64,000 nt of DNA from a virus, in the IMG/VR virus record IMGVR_UViG_3300025645_000067, positions 2,949 through 66,948 of that record. One strand, written 5' to 3'. Of the stretch, positions 19,998 through 28,814 are shown in pieces. The position numbers were made by a program, and so were the translations under genes. The stretch's first letter is position 1. Each line of letters starts with the position of its first letter. The notes under the pieces are model-generated. The model was not told where the DNA came from. It searched no databases and saw only the letters and a list, made by a program, of their open reading frames with translations.

Positions 19998-20533
19998 TGT
20001 ACCCTAAACCTAAGAAGTCGGAAAAGAAGAAGCCTAAACCTATCAGAAAAAAATCTAATAAGGTAGCAGTTAGGGATAAGAAGATGAATGAAGTAAAAAG
20101 ACAAGTAAGATTAGAAAGAACTGAGTTTGGTTGTGAAGGTACAGGAGTTACAAATGAGAAGTTAGAAGTTAGTCACACCTTATCCATACGTAGAAGAGAA
20201 GATTTAGCTTGCGACCCAAATAATATGCTATTGGTTACTAGAGACGTACACCTAAAAATAGAATCTTGGGATATAGTAGGTTTGAAATGTGAAGATAAGA
20301 TAAGAGAGTACGTATTAGAGCATGATGAGGAGTATTATAAGGAGATGGAGCACAAGCAGAAAAGAGCCTATATTATAATTGAAAAGCTCCACCGCTACAC
20401 CACCAATGGATTAACCTTTAATCATTATAAGGATTGTAAGGCAGGTTTAATACTAATTGTAGACTTAGAAAATTTAAGTGTTTTAAATTTGGATGGTGAG
20501 GTACAAAAGTTATCTCACAAAATAAGTACCTAA
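19994..20533 (+). CDS. NinG/HNH-like nuclease
   Basis: Basic N-terminus; CEGTG...VSHTLS...DPNNMLLVTRDVH. Confidence 0.55.
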   Translation: MMYPKPKKSEKKKPKPIRKKSNKVAVRDKKMNEVKRQVRLERTEFGCEGTGVTNEKLEVSHTLSIRRREDLACDPNNMLLVTRDVHLKIESWDIVGLKCEDKIREYVLEHDEEYYKEMEHKQKRAYIIIEKLHRYTTNGLTFNHYKDCKAGLILIVDLENLSVLNLDGEVQKLSHKIST

Positions 20534-20559
20534 AAGCGGAAATTAACTATGAAAAAACT

Positions 20560-20590
20560 TTTTATAACTATAAAATATCCCTATCTTTAC
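20560..20590 (+). promoter_or_regulatory. promoter cassette copy 2 (polymerase operon)
   Basis: TTTTATAACTATAAAA-N6-TATCTTTAC. Confidence 0.8.
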
Positions 20591-20612
20591 ATCAACAAAT
20601 AAAAATCTAATA

Positions 20613-21032
20613 ATGAGCAGAAAAAAACGAGAAAGTAAAACTAATGTAGATTTGTTAGTACCTGTAACTGATTATAAAGACGATGGTAGTTGTTTCGGTA
20701 AGATGTGGAATATGAAAAATACTACTTGTAGTAGTTGTGCTGATAGGATATTATGCGGTGTACATTTCCAAAACAATATAAAGAAAGTCATAAGTAAAAA
20801 AGAATCTCAAAAAAAGTTTATTGACCTTGAATGTTTTGACTCTATACCCCTAGCAAAAATTAAAAGTTTGTTGGTTAAACATTCTGGGCAATATTCCCAA
20901 AGTGATTTGTTACAGTTAATTTTAGCTAAAAGTAAATCTAAGAATAAGCGTCTAGCGAATGCTTATATCAAAAAGAATTTTTATACTACTAATGAATTTA
21001 AGGTTATAAATGAATTAATTGTAAAACTGTAA
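20613..21032 (+). CDS. hypothetical metal-binding protein
   Basis: CFGK...CSSC...LC cluster; precedes the polymerase. Confidence 0.7.
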   Translation: MSRKKRESKTNVDLLVPVTDYKDDGSCFGKMWNMKNTTCSSCADRILCGVHFQNNIKKVISKKESQKKFIDLECFDSIPLAKIKSLLVKHSGQYSQSDLLQLILAKSKSKNKRLANAYIKKNFYTTNEFKVINELIVKL

Positions 21033-21034
21033 AA

Positions 21035-23272
21035 ATGAAGAATAAGGATTGTACGTTTTGTACTCGCTATCAAAAATGTAATGTAGTTTGCCAAATACCT
21101 CCATTTAAAGAGTCAGAAGTATTGATGATTTTAGGTGATTCTCCATCTAAGGAATCAGATAATGGACTTTCCTTTATGAGTGGTAAATATGAAGTATTGA
21201 AATCAGTATTAAAACAGGTATTAAAAGTAGATTTTGACAAGATTTATTTTACTCATGCTGTTAAATGTTATGATTCTGACATTATTACAGATACCCAAAT
21301 AAAAGCTTGTAATGATTATTTAGCGGAGGAGATAAATTTAATAAAACCTAAAGTAATTTTAACCTTAGGAAAAACTGCTACTTTAGCCCTGTTGGAAGAG
21401 CAAGATTTAAAAGGGGCTACCTTCAATAAAGTAGTAGGTAAGAAATACCATCAGATTGATAATATCACTAAGTTAGAATTTACTATTATCCCTATCTATT
21501 CCCCTAAGTATATTTCTTATAATAAAGGGGCATTGAAGAAGTGGGCAAAAGATATTTATACTGCCTACAATTTAGCGACCGATACCAAGGTAATTTATGA
21601 GCAGACCAAAATACAAGTAGTAGATACACCAGAGCTACTAAACCAGCTAATAGCTTATACTAAACTTAGTGGGTGGATGTCACATGATTTTGAAACTACA
21701 GGACTCAATACCTTTGCAGATGATTTTAAATTAACCTGTTTTAGTTTATCATTCCAGCATGGAAGTAGTTGGGTAATACCTCTCCACCATAAAGATTCCC
21801 CAATATTAGAAAATTACAAAGAGTATTTAGAAGTAATCAATAAAGAATTACTCCAAGACCCAAATGTAATTAAGATAGCTCATAATATCCAATACGAAAA
21901 AGATTGTTGGGCTACAGTAGGAGTAAAATCTTTTAAGGGTAGGATTATGGATACCATGTTACAGCACTACCTATTGTACAATGATAAGCCTCATGGTTTG
22001 AAGATGATTATTCCTACTTATTTTCCAGAATACGATGGTTATGATGTGGAAGTAAATAAGCATAATTGGGATAATTTGCCTTATGATGTATTAATAAATT
22101 ATTGTGGTATTGATTCCGACCTTACGTTAAGATTGGCGGTACAATTTGAAAATGAGTTACTACAGCAACCTAGGCTATACGCTATTTTCCGTAACCTTCT
22201 TATGCCAGCGTTGCATACTTATTGGACAGCCCACAATGGAGGTATTGATATTGATGTGGATTATTTAGATAATGCGATTATAGAAGTAGATAAATTAATA
22301 TCTACACAAGAAGGTATCTTAAGAGAAATTCCTACTGTGTATAAATATGACTTACATAGGGCAGAAAAAGAGCAGGAGGCATTTATAAAATCGTTGGAGA
22401 GTAAATACAAAGTAGCGGAGCTTAAATGGGTGGAAAGTACAGATAAGATGCGAGCGGAAGAAAAGGGTAAGATACAAGATTGGTACGAATCTCAATTTAA
22501 TAAAGGTATTGACGATGATGTTTTAGAGGATAAACGTAAGGCTAAATTATCCAAACTAGAAGAAAAATTATGTAAGCGTATTGAAGGTTCAGTAAGGATG
22601 AATAAATACTTGAAGCAGATAGCGGACATTAGAGCAGGATTAATAGAACCTATTGAGCCTTTAAATTTCGGCTCACATACCCAATTAGGGGGCTTACTTT
22701 ATGACAAGCAGGGGTTTGGTATGAAAAAACCAATTGACTGGAAAACAGGTAAGGAGGGAGGTACAGGTGTAGCGATACTAAAAGATTTTGAAGGGGTAGA
22801 AATAGAGGAGTTTGTAGGGAGTCTTTTATTATTAAGGTCACTAAGGAAAACTCAGTCCACCTACTTAAGAGGCATCCATAAAGTTTTAGATAAAGATAAT
22901 AAAGTACATCCATCTTTTTTACTTCATGGTACAAGCACAGGTAGGTTATCTTGTGTAACTAAAGACACTTTATTGAAAACTGATATAGGTCTAATTGCCA
23001 TTGGTGATTTAATACCAGATGATTATGGGATAGTAGAATTAGATAATGAAATCAATGTTTTAACTCATACGGGGGAATATCAAAAAATAACTCACGGTAT
23101 AAATAAGGGGTACGAGCAGATGTATGAGGTAGAGTTAGAGAATGATGCTACAATAGAATGTACTGAGGAACATAGATTTTTAACTAACGAGGGATGGTTA
23201 ACTCTGAAAAGTATTTTATCTTTGCGTTCAAAACGTACCATAAAGATAAAATATGAAATTAACGACATTTAA
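21035..23272 (+). CDS. polA: DNA polymerase A, N-terminal part (family-4 UDG-like domain + 3'-5' exonuclease + thumb) fused to split intein N-half
   Basis: CxxC...GDSP...AVKC...C...PKVILTLG (UDG); DFETTG, AHNIQYE, DTML, YCGID (exonuclease); HPSF...GTSTGRLS then intein Cys1. Confidence 0.92.
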   Translation: MKNKDCTFCTRYQKCNVVCQIPPFKESEVLMILGDSPSKESDNGLSFMSGKYEVLKSVLKQVLKVDFDKIYFTHAVKCYDSDIITDTQIKACNDYLAEEINLIKPKVILTLGKTATLALLEEQDLKGATFNKVVGKKYHQIDNITKLEFTIIPIYSPKYISYNKGALKKWAKDIYTAYNLATDTKVIYEQTKIQVVDTPELLNQLIAYTKLSGWMSHDFETTGLNTFADDFKLTCFSLSFQHGSSWVIPLHHKDSPILENYKEYLEVINKELLQDPNVIKIAHNIQYEKDCWATVGVKSFKGRIMDTMLQHYLLYNDKPHGLKMIIPTYFPEYDGYDVEVNKHNWDNLPYDVLINYCGIDSDLTLRLAVQFENELLQQPRLYAIFRNLLMPALHTYWTAHNGGIDIDVDYLDNAIIEVDKLISTQEGILREIPTVYKYDLHRAEKEQEAFIKSLESKYKVAELKWVESTDKMRAEEKGKIQDWYESQFNKGIDDDVLEDKRKAKLSKLEEKLCKRIEGSVRMNKYLKQIADIRAGLIEPIEPLNFGSHTQLGGLLYDKQGFGMKKPIDWKTGKEGGTGVAILKDFEGVEIEEFVGSLLLLRSLRKTQSTYLRGIHKVLDKDNKVHPSFLLHGTSTGRLSCVTKDTLLKTDIGLIAIGDLIPDDYGIVELDNEINVLTHTGEYQKITHGINKGYEQMYEVELENDATIECTEEHRFLTNEGWLTLKSILSLRSKRTIKIKYEINDI
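22952..23272 (+). mobile_element. split intein N-fragment (106 aa)
   Basis: Block A CVTKDTLL; block B IECTEEHRFLT..GW; followed by a stop codon. Confidence 0.9.
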
Positions 23273-24230
23273 AAAATTCGGTGTAGATGGGGATCCTAAG
23301 AGATTTATATCTATCATAACTAAGGAGGTATTCGATTATTATTTCCTAGAGTCAGATTACACTAGAGAGGATTTTAGATTAAAATTAAAAGTTTCTAATC
23401 GCACCTTTAATAATAGTTATTGGTATCATTATACAAGAGAAGAGAGGGTAGTATTTGCAGGAAGAAAAATATCAAAATCCCAAAAAAGAAGGAATAGTAA
23501 TGCGGTTAATACAGGAAAACCTAGAAAACTATTAGATAAGGAGAAATTAATTTACTATTTAATCGAAAATAATAGGTCAGTTGAGTGGGTAGCTAAAAAG
23601 TTAGTGTGCGCTCCGCAGACAGTTAGAAAGAATATTGATTATTATAAATTAGATGTTATAGACACTAAAAATTTACCTTATTTCTTAGGACGGTCTGAAT
23701 TATTAGATTTACAAAAACTAGATGAGTTTTTCGGTACGAACTTACTACATGAATTTAAACAAACTACTAGAGACGTACAAAGTATAGAGGATTACTGTTT
23801 TCTTATAAATGATTCTTTAGAAGATTTGAGAATTATAATGAAGAAGATTAAGAAGAATAATAGAAGTTACGCTAGAGATAATAATATACCGTTTACCAAA
23901 TTAATGCAAGCAGGGAGTATATTAAATCATAATGTAGGTAATGCTTTTAAGGACTTAGGTTATGATTTAGAATTTGAGTATGAATTAAAGGGTAAATTTT
24001 ACGATATAAGGTTAATAGGCTATAATATTCTAATTGAGGTAGATTCAAGATACTATCACAATACACCAAACCAATTAGCTAATGATAAATACAAAACGAC
24101 TTTAGCAAAAAATGAAGGATTTTATTTAGTAAGATTATTTTCTGAAAAAGAGAAATATCCAACAATAGTAAAAAAAGTTAAATTATGTTTAAAGAACTTA
24201 GTATCAAACGGATTACTCCAACCCAAATAA
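23253..24230 (+). CDS. free-standing homing endonuclease, Vsr/DUF559-like PD-(D/E)XK
   Basis: C-terminal EFEY...YDI...LIEVDSRYYH...NDKYK...GFYLVRL; N-terminal HTH-like repeats; overlaps both intein halves in a different frame. Confidence 0.8.
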   Translation: MKLTTFKKFGVDGDPKRFISIITKEVFDYYFLESDYTREDFRLKLKVSNRTFNNSYWYHYTREERVVFAGRKISKSQKRRNSNAVNTGKPRKLLDKEKLIYYLIENNRSVEWVAKKLVCAPQTVRKNIDYYKLDVIDTKNLPYFLGRSELLDLQKLDEFFGTNLLHEFKQTTRDVQSIEDYCFLINDSLEDLRIIMKKIKKNNRSYARDNNIPFTKLMQAGSILNHNVGNAFKDLGYDLEFEYELKGKFYDIRLIGYNILIEVDSRYYHNTPNQLANDKYKTTLAKNEGFYLVRLFSEKEKYPTIVKKVKLCLKNLVSNGLLQPK

Positions 24231-24298
24231 AACAAGTTTGCGATATAACAGTTGATGTTGACCATTCTTACGTAGGTAACGGTTTTGTGAATCATAAC
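24185..24298 (+). mobile_element. split intein C-fragment (38 aa)
   Basis: Own ATG; block F VCDITVDVDHSYV and block G GFVNHN, followed by +1 Cys. Confidence 0.9.
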
Positions 24299-25210
24299 TG
24301 TGTGAATCCAAATGTGCAAAATATAACGCAACCCGACCGAATTAAGAACCCTATAGCCAAGAGTGCTGCCACTCACGTAAAAAAGATATTTGCAGTACCT
24401 AAAGGTTATACATGGGTACAATGTGACTATTCCCAATTAGAATTAAGATTGATAGCTTGGTATTCCCAATGTAAATACATGCTAGATGCTTATGATAAGG
24501 ATATTGATTTACATTCACTCACAGCAGCAGATGTAGCAGGTATAAGTTTAGAAGAGTTTTTCACATGGGATAAGAAGAAAAGAAAGTTAGCTAGATTCCA
24601 AGCCAAGGCGGTAAATTTCGGATGGAATTATGGACAATCTCCCAAAGGTTTCCAAGAGTATGCTAAAAATAATTATGGTTTGGAGTTTACTTTAGCCTAT
24701 TGTGAGGAGTTAAGGGAAATTTACTTCGATAAACGACCCGAAATATTAAGTTACCACGATTTATATTTAGCTAAGGCTAATCAATTTAAATATGTGCGTA
24801 CTAGGTTCGGTAGTAAGATACATTTGGAAGATATTGATAGTTGGGAGAAATTTAAGGTGGGTAGTGCGGAGAGATTGGCTATTAATGCCCCTATACAAGG
24901 CTCAGGAGGGCAAATAAATACTTTTGCTGCCTTACAGATACAAAAATATTTAAATCCTTCCACACGCTTTATATTGAGCGTACACGATAGTAATAACTAT
25001 TATATCAAAAATGAATATTTGGATGAGGAGATAGGTAAAATAAAATACTTATCTGAAAATTTGCCTATAGAGGAATATTTTGGAGTAACTTTTGACTCTA
25101 CAGATAAAAAGAGGGGGGTAAAATTGAAAGTGGACATCGAAACAACCACTACCACGTGGAAGGATTTACAAGAATTACCAAAAGATTATAAGTATCAAAA
25201 TATTTTTTAA
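24185..25210 (+). CDS. polA: split intein C-half fused to DNA polymerase A C-terminal part
   Basis: NPNVQNI; motif A DYSQLELR; motif B RFQAKAVNFGWNYG (Phe at the E. coli 762-equivalent position); NAPIQG; motif C VHDS. Confidence 0.93.
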   Translation: MFKELSIKRITPTQIKQVCDITVDVDHSYVGNGFVNHNCVNPNVQNITQPDRIKNPIAKSAATHVKKIFAVPKGYTWVQCDYSQLELRLIAWYSQCKYMLDAYDKDIDLHSLTAADVAGISLEEFFTWDKKKRKLARFQAKAVNFGWNYGQSPKGFQEYAKNNYGLEFTLAYCEELREIYFDKRPEILSYHDLYLAKANQFKYVRTRFGSKIHLEDIDSWEKFKVGSAERLAINAPIQGSGGQINTFAALQIQKYLNPSTRFILSVHDSNNYYIKNEYLDEEIGKIKYLSENLPIEEYFGVTFDSTDKKRGVKLKVDIETTTTTWKDLQELPKDYKYQNIF

Positions 25211-25245
25211 CTGTATTATTTTTTAACTGTAAAAACTGTATTATT

Positions 25246-26184
25246 ATGGGTTTAGATTGGAATGCTTTAGAAAAATTAAGTAAAGAAGTAGAAAAAGATG
25301 CTAAGGGAGCATCGGGTAGTATTATTGCTGAGTGGGCAATCCTAAAAGCAGGGGAAGAAGTAGCAATAAAATTGTTACCTCCTACCGATGGTATGAATGG
25401 GTCTTTCTTCCAAAAGAAAATGACTTACAAAATTGGAGGGAAGTACTGTACTAGTAAGGCAAGTTTTGGAGATAGTTGTATTATCGCCGAAACTATTGCA
25501 GACTTCGGTAATTTGAATGACCCAGATGTAGACAAATTGATGGACAACTGGAAAGTATTCTCTAGACGACCGCAAGTCACCTACTTGCTACCTGCTTTGT
25601 TATTAAAAGCGGATGGTGACACCTACACCGTTAATGAGCCTATCATTTTAGAATTGAAACCAGACACTTTACAGGCTATTTTATTGATTGTTTCCAATCC
25701 TAAAATGCGGAGAAAATGTGGAAATGATGATTCTATTATGAGTAGAGAACGTGGGTATCCAGTAATCTTGACACCGAAAGGGAAAAAGAAATTATTGGTT
25801 ACTAACGACATCGAACCTTTTGACACTAGTGGAGAAGAATTCGAGAAGTACTACGAGAAGCCACCGAATGTATTAAGATTTATTTATGCTCAGATGAAAA
25901 GTGATGCTCACTTAGAATCTATTGTAGCTAACTTCTTTGATGAAGAGGATATTATTGACGATGACGGAAGTACTAAAAAAGAGTACTTGGATAGATTGGC
26001 GGCAATAATCGAAGCGGCTGCACCAGAGGGAGAAGAGGAGGAGAAAGAGGAGGAGGATACACCACCAGTTAAGAAGAGAAAAACTACTAGGAGAGTTAAG
26101 AAAGTTTTGGAGGGTAAAACTCTGCCAGACACTAAGGGTAAAACTAGGAATTTGATGGATGATGTTGAAAACTTAGACGATTAG
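25246..26184 (+). CDS. single-stranded DNA-binding protein (gp32-like)
   Basis: IKLLPP...YC...CII; acidic C-terminus; follows the polymerase. Confidence 0.65.
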   Translation: MGLDWNALEKLSKEVEKDAKGASGSIIAEWAILKAGEEVAIKLLPPTDGMNGSFFQKKMTYKIGGKYCTSKASFGDSCIIAETIADFGNLNDPDVDKLMDNWKVFSRRPQVTYLLPALLLKADGDTYTVNEPIILELKPDTLQAILLIVSNPKMRRKCGNDDSIMSRERGYPVILTPKGKKKLLVTNDIEPFDTSGEEFEKYYEKPPNVLRFIYAQMKSDAHLESIVANFFDEEDIIDDDGSTKKEYLDRLAAIIEAAAPEGEEEEKEEEDTPPVKKRKTTRRVKKVLEGKTLPDTKGKTRNLMDDVENLDD

Positions 26185-26187
26185 ATT

Positions 26188-26796
26188 ATGGCATCAGGTA
26201 TGGAGAAAGAAATAATCCTACCTGTTCAATTAAAGCAGGTGTTAAGATTAACAACTAATGAAACTTTTGTAGCTTGTAAGGTACTTTTAGAAAAAGGTAC
26301 GCTAGGCATAACAGGACAAAAGAATTTATTTAAATTGTTAGAACAATCTGAAACACTTGCTTTACTTCCTGCTAAAAGTAAAGTACTTAGTAGGTATATC
26401 AATAAGATGAAAGATGATGAGGGAAATATACAAGCCATTTTGAAACCTATCAGATATAAATTATCAGATGCGCAGCGTAGGTTTTATTTTGGAGTTTGTT
26501 GTATAACGGTAATGAGTTGGTATAAGAACAATCAAGGAGAGCGTATTACAAAGGATGAGGTTTATGCTATGGATTTAATAAGTTATGGTACGAAACCTGT
26601 TATTAAATCCATACTAGACCCAACCAAAGGAAAGAGGGTGGATATACTAGTAATGGAAGGTAAAACCTTATCACAAATGAATACTTTAGAGGGAACGGAC
26701 TTTTTAGAACACGTTCTCAATAAGTGGGCAAAAGTAGGGTGTTACATTCCAGAACCTAGAAAACATAATTTCATAACTGAATTTTTAGACGATTAG
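26188..26796 (+). CDS. NinB-like recombination protein
   Basis: LSDAQRRFYFGV...TLSQMNTLEGTDFLE...IPEP. Confidence 0.6.
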   Translation: MASGMEKEIILPVQLKQVLRLTTNETFVACKVLLEKGTLGITGQKNLFKLLEQSETLALLPAKSKVLSRYINKMKDDEGNIQAILKPIRYKLSDAQRRFYFGVCCITVMSWYKNNQGERITKDEVYAMDLISYGTKPVIKSILDPTKGKRVDILVMEGKTLSQMNTLEGTDFLEHVLNKWAKVGCYIPEPRKHNFITEFLDD

Positions 26797-26800
26797 AATT

Positions 26801-26992
26801 ATGCAGAAAGTTAGTATAAATGCTCCTAATGAGTATCATCTAAATAAAATATACGCAATACTCCATGCTTTAGATATACCTTATAAATTCGATGGTAAAA
26901 CTATAATTACTTTCGATAAACCAAAAAGGCTTAGTGAGTCTAATATCAAAGCTATATTTAGTGGTTATATTTTTAAAATTATCAAGATATGA
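26801..26992 (+). CDS. hypothetical protein
   Basis: 63 aa; stop overlaps the next start (ATGA). Confidence 0.6.
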   Translation: MQKVSINAPNEYHLNKIYAILHALDIPYKFDGKTIITFDKPKRLSESNIKAIFSGYIFKIIKI

Positions 26993-27969
26993 AAATAGCA
27001 GTATTCACCGACCCACACGTACACAACTACAAGCAATTCAATATTGACGATTCGAGATTAGATAATAGCATCTCCGCTATTAATGAAGTTTTCTTCTATT
27101 GTGAAAAGAATAATATTAAGTCAATCCTTTTTTGTGGTGACTTATTCCACAATCAAAAATTATTGCCTACAGTAGCAGTAAACAAGATTACACATTTATT
27201 TAAATACTGGGAGCATAGGGGTATTGAGTTTATAGCGATTAGTGGGAATCATGATTTTGCTACTAAGAGCCTATATGATAATGGTGAGTATACAGGACAA
27301 AGTGCTTTAGTCCATCTATATCACTCTATATCTTATTTTACCTTGCTGGATGGTAAGGCAGTAGTATTAGAGGGAGCTAACAATATAGTATGTTTTGGAA
27401 TACCTTATTTAGACTACCCAGAACATTTTACAGATGCGGTAGAACATTTGTCAGAAAGTACAAATGATACTGATTTCAATATCTTACTAATCCACCAGAC
27501 ACCTAGCGGATTAATTGATTTTGATATTCCTTTTGATTGTGACCCTAATTCTAAAATATTTGATAAATTTGATTTAATATTATGTGGGCATATTCATATA
27601 AAGAGGAAGTTAAACGATAAATTTCATTTAGTTGGTAACTTACTGCCTCAAAACTTTGGGGATAACCAAGATGCAGGTTTTATACTTCTTGATATTGAGG
27701 ATGATTTTGGTAGTTCTGTTGGTTATGAATTTATACCTTTGAATTACCCAAGATTTGAAAAGGTATTAGAAGGAGAGCAGCCGACCCACTCTAAAAACTA
27801 TATAAAAATTATTCCTAAGATTACTAGTAAGTTAGATTTAGGAGATAAGGGAGATATAGCAGATTTCCAAGTAAATCTAACTAAGCAGGAGCTAGTAAAA
27901 AATTATTGGACAGCAGTTGATGGACAAGATAAAGAACTATTAGAAATTGGACTTAAATTTATTTCATAA
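26989..27969 (+). CDS. SbcD/Mre11 (T4 gp47-like) nuclease
   Basis: DPH, GDLFH, GNHD, GHIH metallophosphoesterase motifs. Confidence 0.92.
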   Translation: MKIAVFTDPHVHNYKQFNIDDSRLDNSISAINEVFFYCEKNNIKSILFCGDLFHNQKLLPTVAVNKITHLFKYWEHRGIEFIAISGNHDFATKSLYDNGEYTGQSALVHLYHSISYFTLLDGKAVVLEGANNIVCFGIPYLDYPEHFTDAVEHLSESTNDTDFNILLIHQTPSGLIDFDIPFDCDPNSKIFDKFDLILCGHIHIKRKLNDKFHLVGNLLPQNFGDNQDAGFILLDIEDDFGSSVGYEFIPLNYPRFEKVLEGEQPTHSKNYIKIIPKITSKLDLGDKGDIADFQVNLTKQELVKNYWTAVDGQDKELLEIGLKFIS

Positions 27970-27986
27970 CTTTTAAACTGAAAAAT

Positions 27987-28814
27987 ATGTCTACTGAAAA
28001 AGGCACAAGAAAAGACAGCTACAAAGTATTACCTGAAAACATCAAGATTAGGGAAGGATTCAATATTAGAATTGATTATGGGAATATAGAGGAGTTAGCA
28101 CAATCCATCTTAGAAAATGGTGTAAAAGTACCTCTAATAGCTATGTGGATAGCTAAAGATAATTATTGGTTATTAAATCAAGGTCATCGGAGATTAAAAG
28201 CGGTACAACTATTGCATTCTAGAGGGCATACAGATGTAAGATTACCTGTATTACCAGAGCCTAGGAAGTATGAAGATTCCGACCGCTACTTTGATATGAT
28301 TACTACCAATAGCGGTAAGAATTTAACTATATTGGAAGAGGCTTATGTCTACCAAAAATTATCAGAGTTAGGTACGTTGGATGCCGATATTGCTAGAAGG
28401 GTGGGTAAGAGCCATACTCACATTGTAAACTGTAGTATTTTATTAACTGCTTCTGATAGTACCCAGCAAATGGTGATAGATGGTAAGGTAGCAGCTACTA
28501 CAGTATTAGACATGCTAAAGAACGGAGGTACACCAGAGGAGGTGGAGTATACTTTAAAGCATACGTTAGAAACTACAGGTAAAGATAAGGTTACCAAGAA
28601 ACACATTGAACCGAAAAAGGAAAAGGCTAAACCTACTGTAGATGAAAAATCATTAGAGTGGGTATGGAGCAAAGTAGTAGAAGAAGAACAAGCAGGTACT
28701 AAGATTGATGAGTGGTCTAAATATTTCCTTAAGCGAATTTGGGAATACCAAGCAGGGGATATTAACCTAGCTGAATTAATGAATGATTTAGTAGAGGGAG
28801 AGATAAATGATTAA
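27987..28814 (+). CDS. ParB/Spo0J-like protein
   Basis: FNIR...ELAQSILENG...GHRRLKA; HTH IARRVGKS. Confidence 0.85.
   Translation: MSTEKGTRKDSYKVLPENIKIREGFNIRIDYGNIEELAQSILENGVKVPLIAMWIAKDNYWLLNQGHRRLKAVQLLHSRGHTDVRLPVLPEPRKYEDSDRYFDMITTNSGKNLTILEEAYVYQKLSELGTLDADIARRVGKSHTHIVNCSILLTASDSTQQMVIDGKVAATTVLDMLKNGGTPEEVEYTLKHTLETTGKDKVTKKHIEPKKEKAKPTVDEKSLEWVWSKVVEEEQAGTKIDEWSKYFLKRIWEYQAGDINLAELMNDLVEGEIND

Noticed and set aside
21035-25210. polA as a pseudogene, or interrupted by a group I intron
   Set aside because: Both junctions carry complete intein blocks (Cys1, TxxH, HN/C) and all catalytic motifs are intact; the insert is fully protein-coding, with no room for an intron core.
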